Both the position numbers and the translations under genes were made by a program. Of a DNA stretch of 25,466 nt, positions 16,430 to 25,446 are shown one piece after another; position 1 is the first letter of the stretch; each line of letters starts with the position of its first letter. The stretch comes from Candidatus Pacearchaeota archaeon (GTDB lineage: Archaea > Nanobdellota > Nanobdellia > Pacearchaeales > GW2011-AR1), in assembly GCA_015520065.1 (NCBI GenBank), contig WAQV01000059.1, positions 1-25,466 on the forward strand. Reading direction: 5' to 3'. The notes beneath the pieces are model-generated. The model worked only from the letters and a program-made list of their open reading frames with translations, was not told the origin of the DNA and did not search any database.

Positions 16430-16708
16430 ATGAAAATTATGGAAGATATATACAAAAAAGTAAAAAGGAGTGTGCATCTTAACCTGGCAATATATGGAGG
16501 GATTATATTTGCATTGCTTGTAGGAATAAGTATGTATAGGCCTCCAGTAAATTATACTTATAAGCAAAAAGAGTTTGGATACTTTAACCTTCATAAAGGT
16601 CTTGAGAAGAAAATAGAGCCTATAGAATCTACAGGTATTATTAAACACTCTCTTAAAAAATATAACTCTTCCAGAAAAGACTCAAATGAAAAGAAAGGAG
16701 ATAAATAG
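16430..16708 (+). CDS. Single-TM hypothetical membrane protein
   Basis: Hydrophobic 'LNLAIYGGIIFALLVGISMY'; start ATG 16430 or 16439 (BRE/TATA CAAAAACATTTATAAA just upstream favours 16439). Confidence 0.65.
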   Translation: MKIMEDIYKKVKRSVHLNLAIYGGIIFALLVGISMYRPPVNYTYKQKEFGYFNLHKGLEKKIEPIESTGIIKHSLKKYNSSRKDSNEKKGDK

Positions 16709-16722
16709 CATTCGTACTTGAA

Positions 16723-17112
16723 TCAACCAACTCTAAAAAACAGCCAGTTTTTGTTTTTTCCAGAATCTTTTTCAGATGAAGAAAATTTCGCCTTTAACAA
16801 TACATACTTTCCATTAAGTTTTTTTCCATTCAGATGAAAAACTATTTTTTCTGGCTTTCTGCTTTCCAAAACAAAATCTCCTTTATCCCATATCTTCACC
16901 TTTCCGGCTCCGTAATGTCCTTCTGGAATAGTGCCTTCAAAACCCGCATACTCTAAAGAATGGTCTTCTGTCTGTATTGCAAGCCTTTTCAGATTTTTAA
17001 TTTTAGGAGGCTGTTTAGGCAAGGCCCATGATTTTAAAACGCCATCCATCTCCAGCCTTAAGTCCCAGTGCAACCTTCTTGCGTGATGCTCATGAATAAC
17101 AAAAACTGGCAT
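16723..17112 (-). CDS. Stand-alone LigD 3'-phosphoesterase (PE) domain protein
   Basis: 'FVIHEHHARRLHWDLRLEMDGVLKSWALPK...RLAIQTEDHSLEYAGFEGTIPEGHYGAGKVKIWDKG' is the LigD PE signature. Confidence 0.95.
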   Translation of the reverse strand: MPVFVIHEHHARRLHWDLRLEMDGVLKSWALPKQPPKIKNLKRLAIQTEDHSLEYAGFEGTIPEGHYGAGKVKIWDKGDFVLESRKPEKIVFHLNGKKLNGKYVLLKAKFSSSEKDSGKNKNWLFFRVG

Positions 17113-17154
17113 AGACTAGTAAGTTATTGCAGATATTTAAAACATCCTCCAGAA

Positions 17155-17583
17155 TTATGGTTTTTTCCATGCAACAAGCCCGATTATTATTAGATATAAG
17201 ATTGTTCCAAGGCCAGTTACTCCCGGAGCAAAATCAATCACTGGAGCAAGACTTAGCCATCCAGGATATTTTCTTTTCTCAAACACTTTCCATGTTGCAG
17301 CAGTAGCAATTATGAACACTCCAATCCAGCCTATCATTGGAACTAAAACAAGAAATATCCATGCCCAGTGAAATCCTCCTAGCTGCATTATCATGGAAAC
17401 ATTTGCAAAAGGTATCCAAGCAAGCCAGGGGTATTTATACTTCAGGTCTTTTGCAATTTTCATCCAGGCAAAAGCAAAATAGACATATATAGCAAGAGCA
17501 AAAAGAATTGCCATCAGCCCTAAAGCAACAATAGCACTTCCAATCATGCTTCCTGCAAGTATGCTTACAATGTCATAATCCAT
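17155..17583 (-). CDS. Integral membrane protein, DUF5684-like
   Basis: Duplicated motif 'WMKIAKDLKYKYPWLAWIPF' / 'WKVFEKRKYPGWLSLAPV' with about 4 TM segments. Confidence 0.7.
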   Translation of the reverse strand: MDYDIVSILAGSMIGSAIVALGLMAILFALAIYVYFAFAWMKIAKDLKYKYPWLAWIPFANVSMIMQLGGFHWAWIFLVLVPMIGWIGVFIIATAATWKVFEKRKYPGWLSLAPVIDFAPGVTGLGTILYLIIIGLVAWKKP

Positions 17584-17606
17584 TTTATATTCAGAGCATA
17601 ATTAAC

Positions 17607-17849
17607 TTAAGGGAGATTATATTTTGTGCAAAATTTTTCCAGTTTTTTCCTAGAAACATCTGCTTTAAACTTAATGAACATTCTATCTTTAACTACTTCT
17701 TCAGGAGATGGTTTGCAAGAATAGATAAAAGAAGAACATCCTCCGTAATGCTCTATTTTAATTCCAGATTCTTTTTCTATCTCGCCAATAGTCTTTCCTA
17801 TGATAGGTGATTTTTCTGGAATAAATGTCTCATAATCAGACACTATCAT
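17607..17849 (-). CDS. Small TrkA-C (RCK_C)-like domain protein
   Basis: 'FIPEKSPIIGKTIGEIEKESGIKIEH' matches the TrkA-C 'SP..GK.l.el' pattern; TATA TTTATAAA (17878-17871) 21 nt upstream. Confidence 0.6.
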   Translation of the reverse strand: MIVSDYETFIPEKSPIIGKTIGEIEKESGIKIEHYGGCSSFIYSCKPSPEEVVKDRMFIKFKADVSRKKLEKFCTKYNLP

Positions 17850-17945
17850 GTTTTTCAGACGAGTATTTAATTTATAAAGATTGCGTATCTTACCTAATTA
17901 GCATGAATGGAATAATTTAATAAACTCTTGCTTTCTTTTTGATAT

Positions 17946-18677
17946 ATGCTTTACTTAATTGGATTAGGACTGAATCTTGACAGCATCTCAAAATCTGGTT
18001 TGGAAATTGTTAAAAGATGCAAGAAAATCTATCTTGAGAGCTATACAGTAGATTTTCCATACAGCGTTTCAGCACTGCAGGAAGTAATAGGAAAAAAAAT
18101 CATTCCTGTTGATAGGGATTTTGTAGAGTCATATAAAATTATAGATGAAGCAAAAAAGATGGATGTTGCACTACTGGTTTACGGAAACCCTTTAACAGCA
18201 ACTACCCATATATCCCTCTTGCATGAGGCAAAACTAAGCAAAATTAAATGCAAGGTAATTCACAACGCATCAATTCTGGATGCTGTTGCTGAAACCGGGT
18301 TGCAGTTATATAAATTCGGAAAAGTTGCGAGCATGCCTTCCTGGGATTACGAAAAGAAATTCACTCCTGACAGTTTTATGAAGATAATTCAGGAAAATTT
18401 GTCAATAAACGCTCACTCTTTGTTGTTGGTTGACATAGGACTTCCTTTCGATAGTGCTTTGCAGCAACTTGAAAAAGCTGCTGAAAACTACAATATAAAA
18501 CTAAAAAAGATAATTATTTGCCAGGCACTTGGAACAAAGCACAGCAAAATCATCTTTAAGGACATAAAAGAGCTGATAAAAGACAAAAAAAAGTTCAATA
18601 TTAAGAGTCCTTATTGCATAATCCTGCCGGCAAAACTTCATTTCTTTGAGAAGGAGATTTTGGAGAGTTTTGAATAA
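17946..18677 (+). CDS. dph5: Diphthine synthase (diphthamide biosynthesis methyltransferase)
   Basis: 'MLYLIGLGL', 'LESYT', 'VALLVYGNPLTATTH', 'IHNASI..AV..TGLQLYKFGK', 'HSLLLVDI'. Confidence 0.95.
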   Translation: MLYLIGLGLNLDSISKSGLEIVKRCKKIYLESYTVDFPYSVSALQEVIGKKIIPVDRDFVESYKIIDEAKKMDVALLVYGNPLTATTHISLLHEAKLSKIKCKVIHNASILDAVAETGLQLYKFGKVASMPSWDYEKKFTPDSFMKIIQENLSINAHSLLLVDIGLPFDSALQQLEKAAENYNIKLKKIIICQALGTKHSKIIFKDIKELIKDKKKFNIKSPYCIILPAKLHFFEKEILESFE

Positions 18678-18712
18678 ATAAACTTTAAAAGCAGTACATC
18701 TCTTAAAATACC

Positions 18713-21577
18713 ATGTATGATCCGAAAAAATCCGAGCCTGAGATGCAGAAATTCTGGAGAGAGAAACAGATTTATGAGAAACTGAAGAAAAAGAATTCTA
18801 ATGGAAAACCTTTTTACATGATGGATGGACCTCCTTATGCCAATGGAGATATCCATATGGGGCATGCTCTTAATAAAATTCTCAAAGATATTGCTATGCG
18901 TTCAAGAAGAATGCAAGGATATAATGTTTTTGACAGGCCGGGTTATGACACCCACGGAGTTCCAATAGAGTATCAGGTTGAAAAAGAGATAGGAAGCAAA
19001 AGCAAGAAAGACATTGAGAAATACGGAGTTAAAAGATTTATTGAGAAGTGCAAAGAGTTTGCTACTAAGTATATAGAGGCAATGAATCAGCAGTTCGAGG
19101 ACTTAGGAGTCTGGATGGATTTTAAAGACCCTTATCTGACTCTTGATAAGGAGTATATTGAAACAATTTGGGATACATTTAAGGAAGCTGACAAAAAAGG
19201 GCTTCTTTACTTAGGCAAATATCCTGTTCATATCTGCCCGCGATGCGAAACAGCTGTTGCATATAACGAGATAGAGTATGAAAAACAAGACGACACATCA
19301 ATTTATGTTAAATTTCCTCTAAAGGACGAGAAAAACAAGTTTTTCGTAATATGGACAACAACTCCATGGACTCTGCCAGGAAATACTGGAATAATGGTAA
19401 ATCCTGATATTGAGTATGTAGAAGCAGAATTAAGCAATGGCGAGATATGGATAATTGCAAAAGACAGGATAGAGGAGTTAATGAGTGCAACAGAGAGAGG
19501 TTACACAATTAAGAAGATTTTGAAAGGAAAAGAGCTGGAAGGAATTGAGTACATAAACCCTCTGGCAGACAAATTAAAACTTACTGTTAAAAATGGTTAC
19601 AGAGTTGTATTGTCTTCAAGATATGTAAATGTTGAGGATGGAAGCGGATTAGTTCATTGCGCTCCTGGCCATGGAAAAGAGGATTACGAAGTCGGGAAAG
19701 AGTATGGATTGGATATGCCTTCTCCTGTGGCTGTGAACGGAATTCTTACTGAGGAAGCAGGGAAATACTCTGGGAAAAAAGCAAGAGTTGTTGATGCTGA
19801 AATAATCGAGGATCTTGAAAAAGAAGGTTTTCTTGTTTACAAACATAAATACACTCATGACTATCCTTTGTGCTGGAGATGCAAATCAGCACTTTTGATG
19901 GTGTCTATGCCCCAATGGTTTTTTAGCATTAAAGATATTCACCAGAAACTTCTTGACTCAAATGAAAAGGTTAACTGGATACCTAAATATATGAAGCTGA
20001 GAATGAAAGCATGGCTTGAAGGTATCTCAGACTGGCCTATTTCAAGAAATAGATATTGGGGAACTCCTCTCCCAATATGGGTATGTGAAGAGTGTTCTGA
20101 AAAGGAAGTAATAGGTTCTATTAAAGAGTTGGAAGAAAAATCAGGGGTTAAAGTAACAGAAGTTCATAAGCCGGAAATAGATGACATTTTCCTTAAATGC
20201 CAGTGCGGAGGGAAAATGAAAAGAGTTTCAGAAGTGTTGGATGTCTGGTTTGATTCAGGAGTTGCAAGCTGGGCTGCACTGCACTCAGAGGAGGAAATGA
20301 ACAAATTTTGGCCTGCAGATTTAAATATTGAGGGAAAAGACCAGATAAGAGGATGGTGGAATTCTCAATTGATTCTTTCAGAGATAAAGTTTGGGAAGCT
20401 TCCATACAAAAACATTATGGTGCATGGAATGGTCTTGGATTTAGGTAAGAAGAAAATGTCAAAATCTAAAGGAAATGTTATCTCCCCTCAAGATGTCATT
20501 AACTCTTATAGCAGGGATTTAATGAGGTATTACTTTGCAAAAACATCTAAAGGGGAAGATTTCGCTTTTGATGAGAATGAGTTTAAAAGAATCAAGCAAA
20601 TATTTATTGTTTTGGAAAATGTAATAAACTATGAAAGAACTCTCAATCCTTCAGAAAAAGGAGAACTCAAAACAGAAGATAAATGGATTCTCTCTAGATT
20701 CAACTCTGTGCTTGAGAACATAATCAACTCTTATAATAATTTTAACTTTCAGAAAGTGCTTGAGAATTATGAGAGGTTTTTGTTAGAAGACTTTAGTAGA
20801 ACTTACATAAAGATAATAAGGGAAAGAGAGAATGAAGAGATAATTAGAAATATAATTAACAGCATAAATTTCGGACTTATTGCACTAATATCTCCTGTAT
20901 GCCCTTTTATAACAGAATATATCTATCAAAACTCCTTTAGGAATTCCTCAGAGACCAGCAATAAAGGAAATAAAGAAGAGTCAATTCATCTGTGCAGTAT
21001 GCCTGTTTCTGATAAATCAGTGATTGACAAAGAACTTGAATCTAAGTTTGCAGTTATCCTAAAAGCTATCGAGGAAGGTCTTTCAGAAAGAGATAAACAA
21101 AAAATAGGTTTAAGATGGCCTTTGAGAAAAGCTATAGTTTATGTTGGAAAGGACATTGCAAATGTTAAAGAATTAGAGGAATTTGGATATATCATTAAAT
21201 CCCAGTTGAATGTAAAGGAAGTTGAATTTAAAACAGCAGAGAATGCAAATGAAATTTCTGTTGAGCTTGACACTGAGCTTACTTCTGAACTTGAAGCAGA
21301 AGGGTTTGCAAGGGAACTTTCAAGAAAAGTGCAGGCATTCAGAAAGAAACTTTCTCTGCAGAAGCATCAGAAGATAAAGCTTTTGGTTTTTACAGATGAC
21401 TCAGAGCTTAGAGATATGCTGGAAACTCACAAAGACTTCATACAAGAAAGAACAAATGCTGCTTCATTTGAGATAGTCGATAACGAGTCAAAAATAGACG
21501 AAGAAAACTTTAAAAATAAAGAAAGCTTTAAGATAAAAGATAAAAGAGGTATAATAGCGATAAATAACTACCAATAA
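18713..21577 (+). CDS. ileS: Isoleucine--tRNA ligase (archaeal/type 2)
   Basis: 'DGPPYANGDIHMGH' (HIGH), 'WTTTPWTLP' and 'GSGLVHCAPGHGKED' editing motifs, 'WPISRNRYWGTPLP', 'KMSKSKGN'; type-2 C-terminus without Zn finger. Confidence 0.98.
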   Translation: MYDPKKSEPEMQKFWREKQIYEKLKKKNSNGKPFYMMDGPPYANGDIHMGHALNKILKDIAMRSRRMQGYNVFDRPGYDTHGVPIEYQVEKEIGSKSKKDIEKYGVKRFIEKCKEFATKYIEAMNQQFEDLGVWMDFKDPYLTLDKEYIETIWDTFKEADKKGLLYLGKYPVHICPRCETAVAYNEIEYEKQDDTSIYVKFPLKDEKNKFFVIWTTTPWTLPGNTGIMVNPDIEYVEAELSNGEIWIIAKDRIEELMSATERGYTIKKILKGKELEGIEYINPLADKLKLTVKNGYRVVLSSRYVNVEDGSGLVHCAPGHGKEDYEVGKEYGLDMPSPVAVNGILTEEAGKYSGKKARVVDAEIIEDLEKEGFLVYKHKYTHDYPLCWRCKSALLMVSMPQWFFSIKDIHQKLLDSNEKVNWIPKYMKLRMKAWLEGISDWPISRNRYWGTPLPIWVCEECSEKEVIGSIKELEEKSGVKVTEVHKPEIDDIFLKCQCGGKMKRVSEVLDVWFDSGVASWAALHSEEEMNKFWPADLNIEGKDQIRGWWNSQLILSEIKFGKLPYKNIMVHGMVLDLGKKKMSKSKGNVISPQDVINSYSRDLMRYYFAKTSKGEDFAFDENEFKRIKQIFIVLENVINYERTLNPSEKGELKTEDKWILSRFNSVLENIINSYNNFNFQKVLENYERFLLEDFSRTYIKIIRERENEEIIRNIINSINFGLIALISPVCPFITEYIYQNSFRNSSETSNKGNKEESIHLCSMPVSDKSVIDKELESKFAVILKAIEEGLSERDKQKIGLRWPLRKAIVYVGKDIANVKELEEFGYIIKSQLNVKEVEFKTAENANEISVELDTELTSELEAEGFARELSRKVQAFRKKLSLQKHQKIKLLVFTDDSELRDMLETHKDFIQERTNAASFEIVDNESKIDEENFKNKESFKIKDKRGIIAINNYQ

Positions 21578-21647
21578 GTAATGCTGCAAGGTTACTCTTT
21601 TATCATAATAAAATTTAAAAAAGGTAATTTGTTAGGGAAAATATAAA

Positions 21648-22454
21648 ATGATAGTAAAAGATGAATTTTTAAGCAGACTGAGAAAGATTTTTGACCTTAA
21701 TCTTTATGAAGTAAAGGTATGGACAGCTCTTCTTTCACGTGGGACAAGCACAGCTGGAGAGCTAAGCACAATATCAGATGTTCCAAGATCAAGAACATAT
21801 GATATTCTTGAGAGTCTTGAAAAGAAAGGATTTATTGTAATGAAGCTCGGAAAACCAATAAAGTTTGTTGCTCTTAAGCCAGAAGAGGTTGTTGAGAGAG
21901 TTAAAAAGAATCTTATGAGAGAGGCTCAGGAAAAAGCAAAAAGGCTTGAAAAATTAAAGGATGATGAGGTTCTTGACGAGCTTACAACTCTTTTCACTCA
22001 AGGCGTTAAGTTTGTAGAGCCATCAGACCTTTCTGGAAGCTTAAGAGGCAGGCAAAACCTTTACAATCATCTTGACATGATGGTTAGGAGTGCAGAGAAA
22101 ACTATAACACTAGTAACCACAAGAGAGGGCTTAAACAGAAAACTTGAGGCATTGATGCCGAGCCTTGAAAAATGCAAAAAAAGAGGAGTCAAGATAAGAG
22201 TTGCTGCACCAATTGATAGCAATAATCTTAAAGTTGCCAGGGATTTTAAGAAAGTTGCAGAAGTAAGGAACCTTGAGAAAATAAGGGCAAGATTTGTTAT
22301 TATTGACTCTAATCAGTTAATGTTCATGCTTCTTGATGATGAGAAGTTCCACCCTAATTATGATATAGGAGTGTGGATAAACACAGACTTCTTTGCTCAG
22401 GCACTCGAGCAGCTATTTGAGCTTGCATGGAAAGAGATGAAGCCTGTTAAATAA
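21648..22454 (+). CDS. TrmB-family transcriptional regulator/chromatin protein
   Basis: N-terminal wHTH 'LNLYEVKVWTALL...TAGELSTISDVPRSRTYDILESLEKKGF', coiled coil and a PLD-like C-terminal domain ('RARFVIIDSNQLM'). Confidence 0.92.
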   Translation: MIVKDEFLSRLRKIFDLNLYEVKVWTALLSRGTSTAGELSTISDVPRSRTYDILESLEKKGFIVMKLGKPIKFVALKPEEVVERVKKNLMREAQEKAKRLEKLKDDEVLDELTTLFTQGVKFVEPSDLSGSLRGRQNLYNHLDMMVRSAEKTITLVTTREGLNRKLEALMPSLEKCKKRGVKIRVAAPIDSNNLKVARDFKKVAEVRNLEKIRARFVIIDSNQLMFMLLDDEKFHPNYDIGVWINTDFFAQALEQLFELAWKEMKPVK

Positions 22455-22478
22455 ATCTCTTTTATATTTCTGCTTAGA

Positions 22479-23336
22479 CTATTTAATAGAATTAAAAATC
22501 CTCTCAATCTCTTCAACGCCTTCTGCTCTTGAAATTTTCATTCTTAACTCTCTTGCATTTTTCTTGAATCTTGTGAAATTCATAGCCTGAAACTTTATCT
22601 GGCTGAAAGGGAATTTGTATTTTCTTGCAAGTTTAAGGTAGTCATTAAAATCAAGCTTTCTTGTTGTTTTTCCTGTCAGCTGGCTGAAAATGTTTGGATT
22701 GCCTATCGCCTCTCTTCCTATCATCACAAAATCAAACTCTTTTAATAGAGAGTCAGCATTTTTTAGATTAACATTTCCTGAATAAATTACTGGAATGTTC
22801 AGTTTTGATTTTAGTTTTCTTGCAAAATCAATATCTGGCTTGCCACTGTAACCCTGTTCCTGGGTTCGCGGATGGATAGTTATAGCATTGCAATATTTTT
22901 CTGCAGTTTTAGCTATTTTAATTGCTTGTTTTGATTTCCTTATTTTTATTGTAAATGGTTTTTTTGTAGAGTTTCTTATTGTTGAGAGTATTTTTTCTAT
23001 TGTTCTTGGCTTGTTATGAAGAAAACACCCGAATCTGTGTTTTTTTGCAGCTTTTGAAGGGCATCCTAAGTTGAAATCAATCAGAGATATTTTCCTTTCA
23101 TATTTCTTAATGAACTCTTTTATACCCCTTTCATCTTTTGAAAAAATCTGCAATGCTGGCTTATCATCAAGAAGGATTTTTTGATGCGTAAGCGGATTTG
23201 TCATTCCAGTATAGCTCAACCCTGCTCCTGCTTTTTTGCACAATATCCTGAAAGCTATGTCATTCACTTTCTCCATAGGAGCTAAAAAATAAGGGTTTTT
23301 CAGTTTAAGGTTGCCAATTTTCCAGCAGCCAGTCAT
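22479..23336 (-). CDS. tRNA-dihydrouridine synthase (Dus family)
   Basis: 'LAPM', 'DFNLGCP' (catalytic Cys), 'TIKIR', 'IHPRT', 'IPVIYSGNV', 'VMIGREAIGNP'. ATG 23336 is 1 nt after the argS stop. Confidence 0.93.
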   Translation of the reverse strand: MTGCWKIGNLKLKNPYFLAPMEKVNDIAFRILCKKAGAGLSYTGMTNPLTHQKILLDDKPALQIFSKDERGIKEFIKKYERKISLIDFNLGCPSKAAKKHRFGCFLHNKPRTIEKILSTIRNSTKKPFTIKIRKSKQAIKIAKTAEKYCNAITIHPRTQEQGYSGKPDIDFARKLKSKLNIPVIYSGNVNLKNADSLLKEFDFVMIGREAIGNPNIFSQLTGKTTRKLDFNDYLKLARKYKFPFSQIKFQAMNFTRFKKNARELRMKISRAEGVEEIERIFNSIK

Positions 23337-23337
23337 T

Positions 23338-25032
23338 TTACATCTCTTCAATTGTTTCAATTCCAAGAAGCCATAAAGAGTTCTTTAAGACAGTTCTGAA
23401 TGACTCAACAAGAGCAAGCCTGAACTCTTTCTGATGAGATTGCATTACAGGGCAGGAATGATAAAACTCATTAAAGATTTGTGCAAGTTGGTAAGAGTAA
23501 TTGGCTATTAGTGAGGGATTTAAGTTATTGTAGGCGCTCAAAACAACCTCTGGAAACTGAGAGAGTTTTTTTACAAGCTCTATCTCCTTTAAGTCCAGTT
23601 CTTCAATATTGACTTCTTTTAACTCTGTTTTCTCAGTTTTTTCTTTTCTTTTCGCTTTTCTTATGATGCTTGATGCCCTCGCATAGCTGTAAAGCAGATA
23701 AGGCCCTGTATCTCCCTCAAAGTTTAGTGCCTCGTCTAAAGAGAAAGCTATAGACCTGTTTGGGCTGTTCTTAATGATTGCATATTTTACTGAACCTATT
23801 CCTATCTTTTCGGGGCTTCCTTTTCTCTGCCTTTCTTGAGCATTCTTTTTTGCTTTTTTAATTACTTTTTCAAGGAAATCTTCTAACAGTACAACATCTC
23901 CTTTTCTTGTGGACATTTTTTTTCTTTTGCCTTCCTCATGAATCAGTATGAATGAGTAATGGACAACTTCAGGAGCGTTAAATCCTAAAAGCTTTAAAGC
24001 CTCTTTAATCTGCAGAAAATACAGCTTCTGGTCTTCTCCAAGGACAATTATGTTTCTTTTTGCTGATTTAAGTTTATGAATTGTATAAGCAATATCTCTT
24101 AGAGGATAAAGCCCTGTTCCATCACTTCTCGTAAGCACAAGAACAGGAGATTTCATTTTGTTTTCTAAAACAGTTCCTTTCAAATCCAGAACAGCTCTTC
24201 CTTCTTTATCTTTGAAAAGCTTTCCTGTTTTCTCCAAGTCAGTTAAAACTTTCTTTGCAGAACCAATATAATCTGACTCATAATCAAATACATCATATTT
24301 AATCCCAAGTTTGAGCAATATCTTTTTTTGCCCTTCTATGCAGGTTTTTGTTATTTTTTTAAACCTCTCAACAACATCTTTATCTTTTTGCTCAAATCTC
24401 TGAAGCAGCTCAAAAACCTCTTTTTCGAGTTTTTTTGATTTGCTTACCTTTTTTGCAATCTCCACATACTTATTTAACATGCTTTCAAATTTTAATCTCT
24501 CTGCTTTTGCTAAAACCAGCATTGCTATCTGCTTAGAAACATCATTTACATAATAATGAACCTCTGTTTTAAAACCAAAAAATCTCAGAATTCTTGCAAG
24601 AGAATCTCCTATAATTGCATTTCTCGCTCTTCCTACATGAGGTGAGGAGTTTGGATTTAGGCTTGTATGTTCCAGTATAACTTTCTCTCCCTTGCCAATA
24701 TCTGTTTTCCCAAAATCTTCTTTTTTTGTCAAAATCTCTGAGATAAGGTTTTTTGCAAACTCTTTTCTGTTCAGAAAAAAGTTAATATATGCTCCTGCAG
24801 TCTGTATGTCTTCAAACTCCTTTGGAGGATTTCCTATGTTTTCTCTTAATTTTATTGCAATTGCATGAGGGTTTTCTTTGAATTTTGGCGCAAGAAAAAA
24901 GCACGGAAATGCATAATCTCCCATCTCAACAGAAGGAGGAATCTCAATAAATTTTGCAATTTCTTCTTCTGTCAGTTCAACACCTTCCTCAGCAAGGGCT
25001 TTCTTTAATAAATCAGCTATTAACTGTCTCAT
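23338..25032 (-). CDS. argS: Arginine--tRNA ligase
   Basis: N-terminal 'GDYAFPCF' and 'GAYINFF'; 'EHTSLNPNSSPHVGRARNAIIGDSL'; 'RSDGTGLYPLRDIAY'; 'KMSTRKG'; 'GDTGPYLLYSYARA'; DALR domain. Confidence 0.98.
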   Translation of the reverse strand: MRQLIADLLKKALAEEGVELTEEEIAKFIEIPPSVEMGDYAFPCFFLAPKFKENPHAIAIKLRENIGNPPKEFEDIQTAGAYINFFLNRKEFAKNLISEILTKKEDFGKTDIGKGEKVILEHTSLNPNSSPHVGRARNAIIGDSLARILRFFGFKTEVHYYVNDVSKQIAMLVLAKAERLKFESMLNKYVEIAKKVSKSKKLEKEVFELLQRFEQKDKDVVERFKKITKTCIEGQKKILLKLGIKYDVFDYESDYIGSAKKVLTDLEKTGKLFKDKEGRAVLDLKGTVLENKMKSPVLVLTRSDGTGLYPLRDIAYTIHKLKSAKRNIIVLGEDQKLYFLQIKEALKLLGFNAPEVVHYSFILIHEEGKRKKMSTRKGDVVLLEDFLEKVIKKAKKNAQERQRKGSPEKIGIGSVKYAIIKNSPNRSIAFSLDEALNFEGDTGPYLLYSYARASSIIRKAKRKEKTEKTELKEVNIEELDLKEIELVKKLSQFPEVVLSAYNNLNPSLIANYSYQLAQIFNEFYHSCPVMQSHQKEFRLALVESFRTVLKNSLWLLGIETIEEM

Positions 25033-25139
25033 GAAGGAGTAAATCCTGCAAACTTAATAAAGGTTGTGAATGCATTTTAATGAATTGTTTGGCAAAGCAA
25101 AAACAATACATTTATTAACCAAGAATATTTCAAATATGC

Positions 25140-25403
25140 ATGGTAAGCATAGATAAAGAAAATCTAGAAAAAGCTTTAGGCTCTTCTAATAATGAGACAA
25201 CAGCTGCTTCAGCTTCTGACAATCCTCTTCTGCCAAGTTCTGAAGAGGAGGAAAAGGGATTTCATAAAGGAGCTTTAAGCACCTTAATCAATGAAAGAAG
25301 CGAGTTGTTAAGAATGCTCCACAATGTTGAGATTATAATGCAGAGCCATATCAAAAGGCTTGAAGAGTTAGGGGTAAAGTTTCAACGCCAAGATAAAAAT
25401 TAG
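25140..25403 (+). CDS. Hypothetical coiled-coil protein (87 aa)
   Basis: TATA TTTATTAA at 25111-25118, 21 nt upstream; amphipathic 'GFHKGALSTLINERSELLRMLHNVEIIMQSHIKRLEELG'. Confidence 0.75.
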   Translation: MVSIDKENLEKALGSSNNETTAASASDNPLLPSSEEEEKGFHKGALSTLINERSELLRMLHNVEIIMQSHIKRLEELGVKFQRQDKN

Positions 25404-25446
25404 AATTTCTTTACCTAGCGCTATCAGCCTGTTTTTCAGACTCAAC

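Noticed and set aside
3988-20405. Other short nested or antisense ORFs (3988, 4543, 5183, 5558, 7905, 8223, 8852, 9122, 11290, 11849, 12167, 13448, 13863, 14582, 15282, 16427, 18638, 19308, 19649, 20193)
   Set aside because: All lie within well-supported longer genes and show the composition expected of off-frame translations.
1258-23366. Longest-ORF starts at 1258, 3206, 15355, 15551, 16361 and 23366
   Set aside because: They overlap upstream genes or use poor starts; downstream ATGs (1303, 3233, 15442, 15641, 16430/16439, 23336) fit gene packing and promoters better.
25404-25446. 3' end of a convergent minus-strand gene
   Set aside because: Too short before the adapter to assign a frame with confidence.
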